64,000 nucleotides of DNA from an uncultured Alphaproteobacteria bacterium (GCA_963817815.1 CAWFPY010000009.1:172045-236044), one strand, 5' to 3'; numbered from the stretch's first letter, positions 10,105-21,118 are shown. Translations and numbers: made by a program. Notes: a model not told the origin generated them from the sequence alone.

Positions 10105-10205
10105 GACGTAACTCCCCCAATTTTCTATGTGGCCACTCTGATTGGTGGCATCCCAACTATAAACACCGCACCCGGCGGGTGAATTCACGTTGTATTGAGA
10201 GGAAT

Positions 10206-10860
10206 TCAGGGCGACGCGATCAGAGAACCGGCGTCCGGAACCGGCTTGCCGTCGATCAGGCAATGGCCATTCTCGACGCGGATTCGGCCTTCCGCAACCA
10301 ATTTGAGGGCCAACGGGTAGATCCGGTGCTCGACCTTGAGCACACGTGCAGCGAGTGCCTCTTCTGTGTCCCCCGCCACCACAGTTGACCGCGCCCTGAG
10401 CAATAATCGGGCCGGAATCCATTTCAGGCACCACGAAATGCACGGTGGCACCGTGCACCTTCGCGCCAGCTTCAAGCGCGCGTTTATGGGTGTCGAGGCC
10501 TTTGAAAGCAGGCAACAAAGCAGGATGGATATTCAACATGCGGCCCTGCCAACGGCTGACAAACTCGGCCGTGAGGAGACGCATGAACCCGGCAAGACAC
10601 ACGATCTCGATGCGGTGTTTTTCGAGCATTGCCTGCATCGCACGCTCGAAACCTGCGCGATCCTTGCCGAACTGCGTGTGTTCGACAGCTTCGGTGGCAA
10701 TGCCGGCCGCGTGCGCTACAAGGAGTCCGCCCGCATCGGCACGGTTTGAAAGTACAAGCGCAATTTCGGCGGGATAGGTCTTGTCTTTCGCGGCCTCGAT
10801 GAGCGCCGCCATATTGGAGCCGCGGCCGGAAATGAGGACGGCGACGCGTTTGCGGCTCAT
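10206..10860 (-). pseudogene. purN: Phosphoribosylglycinamide formyltransferase interrupted by a +1 nt frameshift near 10385 (or sequencing error)
   Basis: The frame from 10860 gives MSRKRVAVLISGRGSNMAALIEAA...NIHPALLPAFKGLDTHKRALEAGAKVHGATVHFVVPEMDSGPIIAQGAV. The C-terminus TVVAGDTEEALAARVLKVEHRIYPLALKLVAEG... is in the frame of ORF 10206-10475. The junction gtcaactgtg has an extra A (plus-strand T at 10385/10386). 655-1 nt = 218 codons. Confidence 0.9.
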
Positions 10861-10863
10861 GCG

Positions 10864-11934
10864 TCACCCGAGTTTGAGTTTGCCGTCGTAGACGACACGC
10901 GCATCGCCGGATGCCTTGATTATCTTTCCAAGCGTTACGGTTGTTTCCCCGCCGTGCGTAAAGGCTTGCGCGACCGCGTCCGCATCCTTCGGCGATACGA
11001 CAACAATCATTCCGATGCCGCAGTTGAAAGTCCGCAGCATTTCATGTTCGGCAATGCCGCCTTCGTTGGCGAGCCACTGAAATACCGGCGTCACCGGCAC
11101 CGCTGCGAGATTGATGCGCGCGCCTAGTCCGTCGGGCAATACACGCGGAATGTTATCGGGAAATCCGCCACCCGTGATGTGCGCGAGACCTTTGACGGCC
11201 TTGGTACCGCGGATCGCGGCAAGACATGACTTCACGTAAATCCGCGTTGGCGTCAGGACCGCTTCGCCGAGACTTTGCCCCGACACAAAGGGTGCCGGCG
11301 CGGTCCAGGATAGTCCGGTTTTTTCGATGACCTTGCGCACCAGCGAATAGCCGTTGGAGTGTACGCCGGTCGAGGCAAGACCCAGGATGACATCGCCTTC
11401 CGCGATGTCGTTGCGTGGCAACACGCCATCGCGCTCGACAACGCCAACGGCAAAACCAGCGAGGTCATAGTCGTCGCCTTGGTAGACGCCCGGCATCTCG
11501 GCTGTCTCGCCACCGATCAGCGCGCAACCCGCTTCGCGACAGCCGAGACTGATGCCGGCCACGACGGCGGCGCCCACCTCCGGCTCGAGCTTGCCGCATG
11601 CATAATAATCCAGGAAGAAGAGCGGCTCAGCGCCTTGCACCACCAGGTCGTTCACGCTCATCGCCACCAGGTCGATGCCGATGGTGTCGTGGCGGCCGGT
11701 GTCTATTGCGATCTTGAGCTTGGTGCCGACGCCGTCTGTTGCCGCGACGAGGATCGGGTCGCGGTAGCCCACCCGTTTGAGGTCGAAGAGTCCGCCGAAG
11801 CCGCCAATTTCAGCGTCGGCGCCGGGGCGGGCGGTCGCGCGCACCAGTGGCTTGATCAGGTCGACCATCCGGTTGCCGGCGTCGATATCAACCCCGGCCT
11901 GCGCGTAAGTGAGACCGCGCGGTTTTTCTGCCAT
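10864..11934 (-). CDS. purM: Phosphoribosylformylglycinamidine cyclo-ligase (AIR synthetase)
   Basis: [31 protein letters not shown]...GGFGGLFDL...[10 protein letters not shown] is a typical PurM. ATG at 11934 chosen over the upstream start at 11997. purM-purN spacing is 3 nt. Confidence 0.9.
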   Translation of the reverse strand: MAEKPRGLTYAQAGVDIDAGNRMVDLIKPLVRATARPGADAEIGGFGGLFDLKRVGYRDPILVAATDGVGTKLKIAIDTGRHDTIGIDLVAMSVNDLVVQGAEPLFFLDYYACGKLEPEVGAAVVAGISLGCREAGCALIGGETAEMPGVYQGDDYDLAGFAVGVVERDGVLPRNDIAEGDVILGLASTGVHSNGYSLVRKVIEKTGLSWTAPAPFVSGQSLGEAVLTPTRIYVKSCLAAIRGTKAVKGLAHITGGGFPDNIPRVLPDGLGARINLAAVPVTPVFQWLANEGGIAEHEMLRTFNCGIGMIVVVSPKDADAVAQAFTHGGETTVTLGKIIKASGDARVVYDGKLKLG

Positions 11935-12017
11935 TATAAGTCCTCGTCCGCGCCGGGTCGTACGTTGGAATCGCAAGTCGCGCAATGGTCCAACCATCGT
12001 TATACTCCACCGATGGG

Positions 12018-12620
12018 ATGGGCGCAGTTCCGCTCCGATGGGCCGGGCGGCGTCCGCGAGCCGGGATTGCCTTGAGTATTCCGAACCTCATTACGCTGGG
12101 GCGCATTCTGCTGGTGCCGATCGTGGTCTGGGCGATCTCGACGCCCGGCGCCATGTGGATTGCGTTCGTGTTGTTCGTGGCGGCCGGGATCAGCGACGCG
12201 GTCGACGGGTTCCTGGCCAAGCGTTTCGCCATGACCACCGAGCTGGGCGCCTATCTCGATCCGCTGGCCGACAAGGCGCTGATCGTCTCGATCTACATGA
12301 CGCTTGGGATCAACGGGGATATCCCGCGCTGGCTCGTCATTCTGGTGGTGTCGCGCGATATCATGATTGTCGGTGCGTTCATGCTGTCCTGGCTGATCGG
12401 CAGCCCACTCAAGGTCAAACCATTGGTTGTTTCCAAACTCAATACCGCGGCACAGATCGTCTTTGCATGCGTGGTGCTGGGCACGCTTGGCTTTGACTAT
12501 GAACTTCCGAGACTCACGCTCGCGCTCATGGTGCTGGTCGCGGCCCTCACGTTGTTATCGGTGGCGGCCTACGTGGCTGAGTGGGTGCGCCACATGAATT
12601 CCACCGCTGCCAAACCATGA
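12018..12620 (+). CDS. pgsA: CDP-alcohol phosphatidyltransferase (PgsA-like)
   Basis: [18 protein letters not shown]...[34 protein letters not shown] contains the D-G-x2-A-R...D-x3-D motif. Start is uncertain: ATG 11985 or 12018, or TTG 12072 giving MSIPNLITL. Confidence 0.8.
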   Translation: MGAVPLRWAGRRPRAGIALSIPNLITLGRILLVPIVVWAISTPGAMWIAFVLFVAAGISDAVDGFLAKRFAMTTELGAYLDPLADKALIVSIYMTLGINGDIPRWLVILVVSRDIMIVGAFMLSWLIGSPLKVKPLVVSKLNTAAQIVFACVVLGTLGFDYELPRLTLALMVLVAALTLLSVAAYVAEWVRHMNSTAAKP

Positions 12621-13735
12621 GCCCGCGCGCAACATCGCGTCGACGCCGCGAATTTGCCGCAGGTGGCCGAGATGCCATCCAGCGCCAGGTCATTTTCTGG
12701 CTGGGCGCGTTCGTCGTGGTCGTGCTGGCTCTGTGGTTACTCAGCGAGATCCTGCTGCCGTTCGTCGCAGGCCTTGCGATCGCCTATTTGCTCACGCCGC
12801 TCACCGATCGTCTCGAGCGCGTCGGCGTCAACCGGCTCGCTTCGGCGTTGCTCATTATAACGGTCGTTGTGTTGCTGTTGGTCTATCTCATCTTGCTTGT
12901 CGCGCCGATCCTCGGTGGGCAATTGTCGTCCTTCATCGAGAGCGTGCCAGGTAACGTGACGAAATTGCAAACGCTGTTGAGCGATCCAAGCCGCCCCTGG
13001 ATCCAGAAACTTTTGGGCGCTGGCTTCAATGCGGACAAATCGATCGGCGATCTGGTGACTCAAGGCGTCGGTTGGCTCACCTCATTTCTGCACTCGTTGT
13101 GGTCGGGTGGACGTGCGCTGGTGTCGCTGTTCTCGCTGATCGTTGTCACCCCGGTCGTCGCGTTTTATCTCATCTACGATTGGCATCGCATGATCCGCAC
13201 CGTGGATGGCTGGATTCCGCTTGCGCAGCGGCGCACCGCGCGAATGCTTGCGATCGAGATCGATGCAGCGATTTCGGGCTTTGTGCGGGGACAAACCGGG
13301 GTGTGTCTGATCCTCGGCTCATTCTATGCATTAGCCCTGACACTGACCGGCCTCAATTTTGGTCTACTGATCGGCCTGATTTCCGGTCTTATAACTTTCA
13401 TTCCCTACGTCGGCTCGATGACCGGGCTTGTGTTGTCCCTCGGTGTGGCGATTGCGCAGTTCTGGCCAAATTATGGACCGATTCTGACAGTGCTTGGCAT
13501 TTTCCTGGTTGGCCAATTCGTCGAAGGCTATGTGCTGTCCCCGAAGCTGGTGGGCGAAAGTGTCGGCCTGCATCCGGTATGGCTGATCTTCGCGCTGCTT
13601 GCCTTCGGCTATCTGTTTGGGTTCGTCGGTCTGTTGGTGGCCGTCCCGCTCGCCGCCACGATTGGCGTCCTTTGCCGGTTTGCGCTCCGCCGCTATCTGC
13701 AAAGTTCATTTTACACAGGCGAGGAAACGAGTTGA
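12617..13735 (+). CDS. AI-2E family transporter (PerM/YhhT-like permease)
   Basis: 372 aa multi-TM protein. ATG at 12617 overlaps the pgsA-like stop (ATGA). FVGQFVEGYVLSPKLVGESVGLHPVWLIFALL is typical of the family. Confidence 0.85.
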   Translation: MSPRATSRRRREFAAGGRDAIQRQVIFWLGAFVVVVLALWLLSEILLPFVAGLAIAYLLTPLTDRLERVGVNRLASALLIITVVVLLLVYLILLVAPILGGQLSSFIESVPGNVTKLQTLLSDPSRPWIQKLLGAGFNADKSIGDLVTQGVGWLTSFLHSLWSGGRALVSLFSLIVVTPVVAFYLIYDWHRMIRTVDGWIPLAQRRTARMLAIEIDAAISGFVRGQTGVCLILGSFYALALTLTGLNFGLLIGLISGLITFIPYVGSMTGLVLSLGVAIAQFWPNYGPILTVLGIFLVGQFVEGYVLSPKLVGESVGLHPVWLIFALLAFGYLFGFVGLLVAVPLAATIGVLCRFALRRYLQSSFYTGEETS

Positions 13736-13740
13736 GCGAC

Positions 13741-14418
13741 ATGAGCAGTTCATTGGCTCCGCGTCAGCTTGTGCTCGCGCTTGATCATTCCGTCAGTTTC
13801 GCACCTGAGGATTTTCTGCGTGGCCCCTCGAACGCGGCGGCGCTGACTCTGGTCGAGCGCTGGCCGGATTGGCCGGATCGGATCGTTGCCATGGTCGGTC
13901 CGGAGGGCTCGGGCAAGAGTCACCTTGCTTCGATCTGGGCGGACATTACCGGCGCACGCGTATTGTCGGCAAAATTATTGCCGGTCACCGATCTCCCGGC
14001 GGCTTTCGTTACCGGTGCACTGGTGCTTGAGGATCTGGAATTCGCGGGGCTGGACGAGCGCGCTTTGTTTCATTTTCTCAATCTCGCGCGCGAGCACCGC
14101 GCCTTCGTTCTCATTACATCTCGCTCTCCGCTATCGACATTCCCGGTGGAGATCCGGGATCTCGCTTCTCGGATGCGCGCGTTACCGGGCGTTACGTTGA
14201 CATCGCCGGACGACACTTTGCTGCGCGCATTGATGGTCAAGCTCGCGGCCGACCGGCAAATTGCGATGGACGAGACGCTGGTCAATTACCTCGCCAACCA
14301 TATTGAGCGCTCATTTGCGGCCGCACGTGCCGCAATCCATCGGTTGGACGAGGAAGCCATGCGCCAGCATAGGCCGGTGACGCGGGCGCTGGCCGCAGAG
14401 CTGTTTCGCACTCCTTAA
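13741..14418 (+). CDS. hdaA: DnaA-related regulatory inactivator HdaA
   Basis: C-terminal 225 aa of track ORF 13072-14418, from ATG 13741: [67 protein letters not shown] (Walker A). The rest of that ORF overlaps perM in another frame. Confidence 0.8.
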   Translation: MSSSLAPRQLVLALDHSVSFAPEDFLRGPSNAAALTLVERWPDWPDRIVAMVGPEGSGKSHLASIWADITGARVLSAKLLPVTDLPAAFVTGALVLEDLEFAGLDERALFHFLNLAREHRAFVLITSRSPLSTFPVEIRDLASRMRALPGVTLTSPDDTLLRALMVKLAADRQIAMDETLVNYLANHIERSFAAARAAIHRLDEEAMRQHRPVTRALAAELFRTP

Positions 14419-14465
14419 CGCAGCTGTGCCATCATCCTTGACGGGACCGGCAGTTCAGGCGCGAA

Positions 14466-14483
14466 CTGTCATCCACCGGCCAT
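14466..14483 (+). promoter_or_regulatory. Pho-box-like direct repeat upstream of ppk
   Basis: CTGTCAT-ccac-CGGCCAT: two 7-mers with 11-bp periodicity (7/7 and 5/7 to CTGTCAT), about 42 nt upstream of the ppk ATG at 14525. Confidence 0.3.
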
Positions 14484-14524
14484 TTTTGTCGGCTAAAGGT
14501 TCAATCTTTCAGGCATTGTTTACA

Positions 14525-16742
14525 ATGGCGGATCGCGCACAAGCTATTGCCCAGGTTGAGGAAATTGTCCCCGCCGTAGATCGGGCCGGGGTAGTGACCC
14601 CTATTCAAAGCCTGGCGTCGAGCCCGGAACGTTTCATAAACCGCGAATTATCATGGCTGCACTTTAACCGGCGCGTGCTGGAAGAGGCGGCCAACGAACA
14701 GCACCCTTTGCTTGAGCGTGTGCGCTTCCTCTCGATCTCCGCCAACAACCTCGACGAGTTTTTCATGGTGCGCGTTGCCGGCCTCAAGGGCCAGCAGCGA
14801 CAGGGCATCACGACCCAGAGCCCGGACGGGCTTACGCCCTCTGAACAACTGACGCGGATCGGCGAAGCCGTTTCTCAGCTCGCCAGCGACCAGCAGAAAC
14901 GCTGGCTCGAGATTCGGCCGGCGCTCGCGGCGGCCAATGTTGTGCTGGTTGAAGGAAGCGACCTCAAGAAGTCCGGAACGTCATTGGCTGGAGGAGCACT
15001 TTCTCACCCACGTATTCCCGTTGCTGACGCCGTTGGCCATCGATCCCGCGCACCCATTCCCGTTCATTCCCAATCTCGCCTTCTCCATAGCGTTGCAGCT
15101 CGCGCGCGTGAAAGACGGCAAGGCGATGAACGCGCTGATCCGCATGCCGCAGAAAATTGAACGTTTCATCCGGCTGCCAGGCAGCGGCGATCACGCCATT
15201 CGCCTGATTACGCTCGAGGAAGCGACTGCGTTGCATATTGGCCGGCTTTTCCCGGGCTACACCGTGAAGGGGCAGGGCGCGTTCCGCGCCATCCGCAACT
15301 CGGAAGTTGAAATCGAGGAAGAGGCGGAAGATCTCGTTCGGCTCTACGAGACCGCGCTGAAGCAACGTCGCCGCGGTTCGGTGATCCGGCTTGAGCTCAA
15401 CGCCACCATGCCCGTTGAGCTGCGGAGCTTCGTGCAGCGCGCCTTGGCGGTCGCCGATGATGAAGTCTTTCTGGTTGATGGCGTGCTGGCGCTCAACGAT
15501 TTGTCGCAGCTCACCAGGCTCGATCGCCCTGATCTCGAATTCGTACCCTACAATCCGCGCTATCCCGAGCGCATCCGCGATCACGGAGGCGACTGTTTCG
15601 CGGCGATCCGCCAGAAGGATCTGGTTGTCCACCATCCCTACGAATCATTCGACGTCGTGGTTCAGTTCCTGCAACAGGCAGCGCGCGATCCCAACGTCGT
15701 GGCGATCAAGCAGACGCTCTATCGCACGTCTGCGGAATCACCGATCGTAAAGCAGTTGGTCGAAGCGGCCGAGGCCGGCAAGTCGGTCACGGCGCTGGTC
15801 GAACTCAAGGCGCGTTTCGATGAGGAAGCCAATATCCGCTGGGCCCGCGATCTCGAGCGCGCCGGCGCTCAGGTCGTCTACGGCTTCATCGAGCTCAAGA
15901 CCCACGCCAAACTGTCATTGGTCGTGCGCCGTGAAGCAGGAGAACTTGCGACCTACGTGCATGTCGGAACCGGCAACTATCATCCGGTGACCGCGCGCAG
16001 TTATACCGATCTGTCGTTTTTTACTGCCGAGCCGGTTATCGGCCGCGACGTTGCGCGCGTGTTCAATTACATCACCGGCTACGCCGAGCCCGCAGAACTT
16101 GAGCGCATGGCAATCTCGCCCATCAATCTGAGAAAGCGAATCCTCGATCACATTGCGCAGGAAATTGCCCACGCCAAGTCAGGGAAACCCGCGTCCATCT
16201 GGATGAAGATGAATTCGCTCGTTGATCCGGGAATTATCGATGCGCTTTATGATGCATCGGCTGCGGGCGTTTCTGTCGACCTCGTGGTGCGTGGCATATG
16301 CTGTCTGCGACCCGGCGTGCCGGGCCTTTCGGAAAACATCCGCGTTAAGTCGATCGTCGGCCGCTTCCTCGAGCACGGCCGCATCTACTGCTTCGGTGCC
16401 GGTCATCCGCTGCCGCACCCGAAAGCGGCCATCTACATTTCATCGGCCGACATGATGCCACGCAATCTCGACCGCAGGGTCGAGGTACTTTGTCCGATTC
16501 TCAATGCCACCGTGCATGAGCAGGTTCTCGGCCAGATCATGGTCGCGAACTTCAAGGATAACGAGCAAAGCTGGAAGCTCTTGCCGGATGGAAGTTCCAC
16601 GCGCATAAAGGCCGCCCCGGGCGAGGAACCCTTCAACGCCCACAAGTATTTCATGACCAATCCGAGTCTGTCGGGCCGTGGAAAATCGCTCAAGGAATCG
16701 TCGCCGCGCAGCCTTATACGCCGCCTCATCGAAGGCGCGTAA
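14525..16742 (+). pseudogene. ppk: Polyphosphate kinase 1 interrupted by a +1 nt frameshift near 14975 (or sequencing error)
   Basis: N-terminal 150 aa (MADRAQAIA...[52 protein letters not shown]...[12 protein letters not shown]) are in the frame of ORF 14426-15160. The remainder ([34 protein letters not shown]... to stop 16742) is in the frame of ORF 14937-16742. The junction aagtccggaacgt has one extra base. 2218-1 nt = 739 codons. Confidence 0.9.
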
Positions 16743-18261
16743 GCGCTCGCCTGCGATTACGCCATCCGCCAAAGGTCGCCTCGATCACGGGCCACCGGTT
16801 GCTGTCATCGATATCGGTTCCAACTCGATCCGCCTCGTGATCTATGAGGGGCTGACGCGCGCGCCGACGCCAATCTTCAACGAAAAGGTGTTGGCCGGCC
16901 TCGGACGCCAGGTTCAGTCGACGGGCTTGCTGTCGGCTGATGCCATCGACGCAGCACTCGATGCCCTGCGGCGCTTTCGCGCCCTGTGCGATATCCTGCA
17001 TGTGCGCCGCATCTGGGCGATTGCAACCGCGGCTTGCCGTGACGCGCGCAACGGCCGCGCGTTCATCGCCGAAGCCGAGCGGATTTGCCGCACCAGCATT
17101 ACGATCCTGTCAGGGAAGCGCGAAGCGCATCTGACCGCGCTTGGGATTGTCTCTGGCATCCACAAGCCGGATGGAATTGTCGGCGATCTCGGCGGCGGGT
17201 CGCTCGAACTTGTCGATGTGCATGGCTCGCGCGTGCGCAGCGGAGTGACATTGCCGCTCGGCGGGCTTGCGCTTCAGGACATCACCGGAAAATCGCTCAA
17301 GAAGGCGGAGAAATTCGTCGAGGAAGCGTTCGAAGAACTGGACATGTTGCACGACGGAGAGGACCGCACGTTCTACGCGGTTGGCGGCACGTGGCGCGCG
17401 CTGGCGCGGCTGCACATGTGGCAGACCGGATATCCGTTTCACGTCATGCACAATTACCGGATTTCGGCGCGCGAAGCGCAGGAATTCTCCCGGCTTGTGC
17501 ATCACGTCGATACCGAGACGCTGTCCAAGATCGAGGTGGTGAACGCAGCCCGCCGGCCTTTGCTGGCCTATGCCGCGCTCGTGATGGAAAACCTGGTGCG
17601 CACGATCAAGCCCAAGCAGGTCGTCATTTCGGTGCTCGGCGTGCGTGAGGGGCTTCTGTATTCGCTACTCAATCCACGCGAACGGGCGCGCGATCCCTTG
17701 ATCTCGGCGGCTGCCGATCTCAACGTTTTGCGCGCGCGATCGCCGCACCACGGCGAGGAGCTGATTGCCTGGACCGACCGTCTAATGACGTCGTCCGGCC
17801 TGGAAGAGACGGCCGACGAGCGTCGCCTGCGTCACGCCGCATGTCTGCTTGGCGATATCGGGTGGCGCGCTCACCCGGATTACCGCGGCGAGCAGTCGAT
17901 GAACATCATCGCGCACGGTGCCTTCGTCGCCATTGATCATCCGGGTCGCGCCTATCTCGCTTTGTCGGTCTATTTCCGTCACGCCGGTTTGAGCGAAGAG
18001 GACCTTTCACCGCGTTTGCGCGAACTTGCCACCACGCGAATGTTGGACCGCGCGCGCGTCCTCGGGGCGGCGATGCGGGTCGCGTATATTCTCACCGCCG
18101 GGCAAAGCGGCGTGCTGCCGAAGACGCCGATGCAGGTCAAGCGTGGCAAGTTGATACTCAAGTTGCCTGGTGCCTACCGCAAGCTCGTCAGCGATCGTCT
18201 GGCCGGCCGTCTCCGCCAGCTTGCTCGTCTTATCGGCCGCGATCCCGTGATCGAGAGCTAG
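16678..18261 (+). CDS. ppx: Exopolyphosphatase (Ppx/GppA family)
   Basis: [18 protein letters not shown]...LGRQV...[14 protein letters not shown]...DLGGGSLEL are Ppx/GppA motifs. The only in-frame start is GTG 16678, which overlaps the ppk 3' end by 65 nt, so the start is uncertain. Confidence 0.85.
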   Translation: MENRSRNRRRAALYAASSKARKRSPAITPSAKGRLDHGPPVAVIDIGSNSIRLVIYEGLTRAPTPIFNEKVLAGLGRQVQSTGLLSADAIDAALDALRRFRALCDILHVRRIWAIATAACRDARNGRAFIAEAERICRTSITILSGKREAHLTALGIVSGIHKPDGIVGDLGGGSLELVDVHGSRVRSGVTLPLGGLALQDITGKSLKKAEKFVEEAFEELDMLHDGEDRTFYAVGGTWRALARLHMWQTGYPFHVMHNYRISAREAQEFSRLVHHVDTETLSKIEVVNAARRPLLAYAALVMENLVRTIKPKQVVISVLGVREGLLYSLLNPRERARDPLISAAADLNVLRARSPHHGEELIAWTDRLMTSSGLEETADERRLRHAACLLGDIGWRAHPDYRGEQSMNIIAHGAFVAIDHPGRAYLALSVYFRHAGLSEEDLSPRLRELATTRMLDRARVLGAAMRVAYILTAGQSGVLPKTPMQVKRGKLILKLPGAYRKLVSDRLAGRLRQLARLIGRDPVIES

Positions 18262-19442
18262 GTCTTTTCGACGGTCACCACGCGGCCTTTGTCGACCGCA
18301 AGCGCCAGGCGTCCGTGTTTGAGCGCCAGCGCCTTCTCACCGAACAATTCGCGGCGCCAGCCTTTCAGCGCCGGTATGTCGGCTTCGTCGTCGGCGGCAA
18401 TGCGGTCAAGATCATCGACCGTCGCAATGACTTTTGCGGCGACGCCATGCCGTTCGGCGGTCATCCGCAACAACACCTTGAGCAGTTCTACGGTCGCGGC
18501 ACCGTTCGGCGCCGGCCGGAAGCGTTCGAGCCGTGGCAATGTCTTCTGGTCGCGCTCGAGTCCGCGTTTGACGGCTTCGATGATCTGGTCGCCCCAGCGC
18601 GAGCGCTCGAAGCCTTTCGGGAGCGAGCGCAAGTGGCTCAGCCGCTCGATCGTGATGGGGGCCTGCACCGCAATGTCGCCGATTACCTCGTCCTTGATCA
18701 CGCGACCGCGCGGGACATCGCGCGTCTGCGCTTCGCGTTCCCGCCAGGCGGCAACTTCAATCAGCACCGCCAACTCCTTCGGTTTGCGCACGCGGCTCTT
18801 GAGCCGCTCCCATGCGCGCTCCGGATCGGCGCGATAGGTTTCGGGCGAGGTGAGGACGTCCATCTCAGCCTCGACCCAACTGCTGCGCCCGCGCTTTTCG
18901 AGGTCGGCGGCGAGCGCCAGATAAACATCGCGCAGATGGGTCACGTCAGACAAGGCGTAGGTGACTTGCGCATCGCTCAGTGGCCGCCGCGTCCAGTCAG
19001 TGAAGCGGTGCGATTTGTCGAGCGTGTCGCCGGTGATGCGCTGGACCAGTTGGTCGTACGAGATGGAATCGCCGTAACCGAGCACCATGGCGGCGACCTG
19101 AGTGTCGACGATCGGATGGGGGATCGTCTGGGCCATGTTCCAGACGATTTCGATGTCCTGGCGTGCAGCATGAAACACCTTGATCACGCCTTCGTTTTCC
19201 ATCAGGGCGAAAAACGGCGCGAGATCGATACCGGTCGCCAGCGCATCAATGACGACCGCTTCCTCGGGCGACGCCATTTGCGCCACGCACAGCAGGGGGT
19301 AGTAAGTCGTCTCGCGCAGAAACTCGGTATCGACGGTCACGAACGGATGCCGCGCCATGCGCGAGCAAACCGCGGCAAGCTCCTCGGTGGTGGTGATCAG
19401 GTCCATTGCGGGGGCGAGCCTAACCCGATCCGGGTCTGTCAT
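18258..19442 (-). CDS. rnd: Ribonuclease D
   Basis: [45 protein letters not shown]...[13 protein letters not shown]...ALSDVTHL are DEDDy exonuclease motifs, plus an HRDC region. ATG 19442 chosen (alternative 19469). Confidence 0.85.
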   Translation of the reverse strand: MTDPDRVRLAPAMDLITTTEELAAVCSRMARHPFVTVDTEFLRETTYYPLLCVAQMASPEEAVVIDALATGIDLAPFFALMENEGVIKVFHAARQDIEIVWNMAQTIPHPIVDTQVAAMVLGYGDSISYDQLVQRITGDTLDKSHRFTDWTRRPLSDAQVTYALSDVTHLRDVYLALAADLEKRGRSSWVEAEMDVLTSPETYRADPERAWERLKSRVRKPKELAVLIEVAAWREREAQTRDVPRGRVIKDEVIGDIAVQAPITIERLSHLRSLPKGFERSRWGDQIIEAVKRGLERDQKTLPRLERFRPAPNGAATVELLKVLLRMTAERHGVAAKVIATVDDLDRIAADDEADIPALKGWRRELFGEKALALKHGRLALAVDKGRVVTVEKT

Positions 19443-19498
19443 GGCAATTCGTCTTGCACGTGATCGCAAACGGTGGGCAACGGATTATGCACCATGTT

Positions 19499-21118
19499 TC
19501 AGAGGCCTCGGACGCGGGGCATGTGGATGAATTCCCAGGGGCTTGGCATAGCCGGTACGGGCACCTCGATCACGGTTGGCTCGCGCCGCGTGAAAGCTTC
19601 GCGCAACGCCAGGCGCAGTTCGTCGGGTCCGCTTGCACGCCGGCCAGCCGCACCGAAGCTTTCGGCGTATTTCACGAAGTCGGGATTCGCAAGGTCACAG
19701 GCGATCAGCCGGTTGCCGAATTGTTCTTGTTGGATGCGGCGCACGTTTCCGAAAGCGCCATCGGCAAAGACCACTGCGACAAGCGGTATACGGTGCCGCA
19801 TGGCGGTGGCGAGTTCATTGCCGGTATAGAGGAAGCCTCCATCCCCATTGATCGAGAGCACCGGTACATCCAGCCTTGCATGCTGCGCGCCGAGCGCGGT
19901 GGCATAACCCCAGCCCAGATTGTCCTGATAGCCCGGTGAGAGAAACGTGCGCGGTTTGTAAACGGGGAAAGCGAGGCGGGCGGCAAAGCCGATCTGGGTG
20001 ACTTCGTCGACATAGATGCCATCCTCCGGCAGCTCGGCGCGGATCGCGTCGAGAAACGCCAGCTGCGGCGCGATCTTGTTGAGTCGCTGCCGGAGTTGCG
20101 CCTGCCGGTCCTGCATCTCGTGGCGTCGCGACGCCCGCCGTATGTTGAATTTGGCGAGTTCATCGATGAGCGATCTCAGGATGGGCGCGGTATCGCCAAT
20201 CAGTGCCACGTTGGGCCTGTGCAAGCGCGCAGGCTGTTCCGGATCGGCATCGACGCGCACGATCTGCAAATTCTTGTCGATGCCCCATGCCGTCAGCGGC
20301 GTATGCAGCCGCGTTCCCACCGCAAGAACCGCATCTGCTTCAGCCCACAAATCGCGGCCCAGCGGCAACGTCACACTGAGCGGATCGCGTGAGTCGAGTA
20401 CGCCGCGGCCGCGTCGATAGCCGAGCACAGGCGCTTGCAGCATGCTTGAGAGCAACGTCACTTCGAGCGATGCATCTTGCGCCCCGCCACCTGCCACGAT
20501 CAGGACGCGCTTGGCTTTGCCGAGAAGCTTCGCGGCGGTACGCACTTTGTCACTGTTGATCTTCGGGACCTGTGCGGGCGAGGGCGGTACGATGGCTTCG
20601 ACCGGGCCACGTTTGCCCCACACGTCAATCGCACATTCGATTGCGGCGGGCCCGGGCCGGCCCTGGTGCATTGATTGAATCGCCTTGGCAACTCTCGCCG
20701 ACGCGTCAGCCGGCCCTTTGATGTGCGAATAGTGATCGACCAGTCGCGCGATGATGCCAGCCTGATCGCGGATCTCGTGCAGATGTCCCTGGCTCTTGCC
20801 GATTGCGGCCGAAGGGATCTGCCCGATAATTGCGAGCACGGGCGCATTCATTCCATAGGCGGTGAGCAGTGCGGCGCCGGAATTAAGCAGGCCCGGGCCC
20901 GGCACGACGGCGTAGGCCTGCGGCTTGGCAGTCGCCAGCGCCGCGCCGAGCGCCATATAAGCCGCGCCTTGTTCATGGCGGGCGTGAACGACGCGAAGAT
21001 TGTCGCCCGCACGCTGGAAGGCATCAAACAGGTGATCGTTGTGGACGCCGGGCAGGGCATAGACGGTGTCGAGCCCATGCGCGAGCAGCGTGGCAACGGC
21101 CGCCTCGCCGGTTGACAC
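19499..21118 (-). CDS. Thiamine-pyrophosphate-dependent enzyme (acetolactate synthase large-subunit-like)
   Basis: 539 aa, GTG start. N-terminal TPP-pyrimidine domain (HARHEQGAAYMALGAA). C-terminal TPP motif GDGGFLYTGNELATAMRHRIPLVAVVFADGAFGN. Confidence 0.85.
   Translation of the reverse strand: MSTGEAAVATLLAHGLDTVYALPGVHNDHLFDAFQRAGDNLRVVHARHEQGAAYMALGAALATAKPQAYAVVPGPGLLNSGAALLTAYGMNAPVLAIIGQIPSAAIGKSQGHLHEIRDQAGIIARLVDHYSHIKGPADASARVAKAIQSMHQGRPGPAAIECAIDVWGKRGPVEAIVPPSPAQVPKINSDKVRTAAKLLGKAKRVLIVAGGGAQDASLEVTLLSSMLQAPVLGYRRGRGVLDSRDPLSVTLPLGRDLWAEADAVLAVGTRLHTPLTAWGIDKNLQIVRVDADPEQPARLHRPNVALIGDTAPILRSLIDELAKFNIRRASRRHEMQDRQAQLRQRLNKIAPQLAFLDAIRAELPEDGIYVDEVTQIGFAARLAFPVYKPRTFLSPGYQDNLGWGYATALGAQHARLDVPVLSINGDGGFLYTGNELATAMRHRIPLVAVVFADGAFGNVRRIQQEQFGNRLIACDLANPDFVKYAESFGAAGRRASGPDELRLALREAFTRREPTVIEVPVPAMPSPWEFIHMPRVRGL

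Noticed and set aside
9658-10860. The 400-aa ORF as a genuine PurN-DoxX fusion protein.
   Set aside because: The linker is compositionally nonsense. The real PurN C-terminus is present in another frame. The DoxX part has its own ATG at 10104. A single extra base explains everything.
13072-13740. Long N-terminal extension of the hdaA ORF (448 aa in the track).
   Set aside because: It overlaps the AI-2E transporter gene in another frame and has no HdaA-like sequence. HdaA homology starts at ATG 13741.
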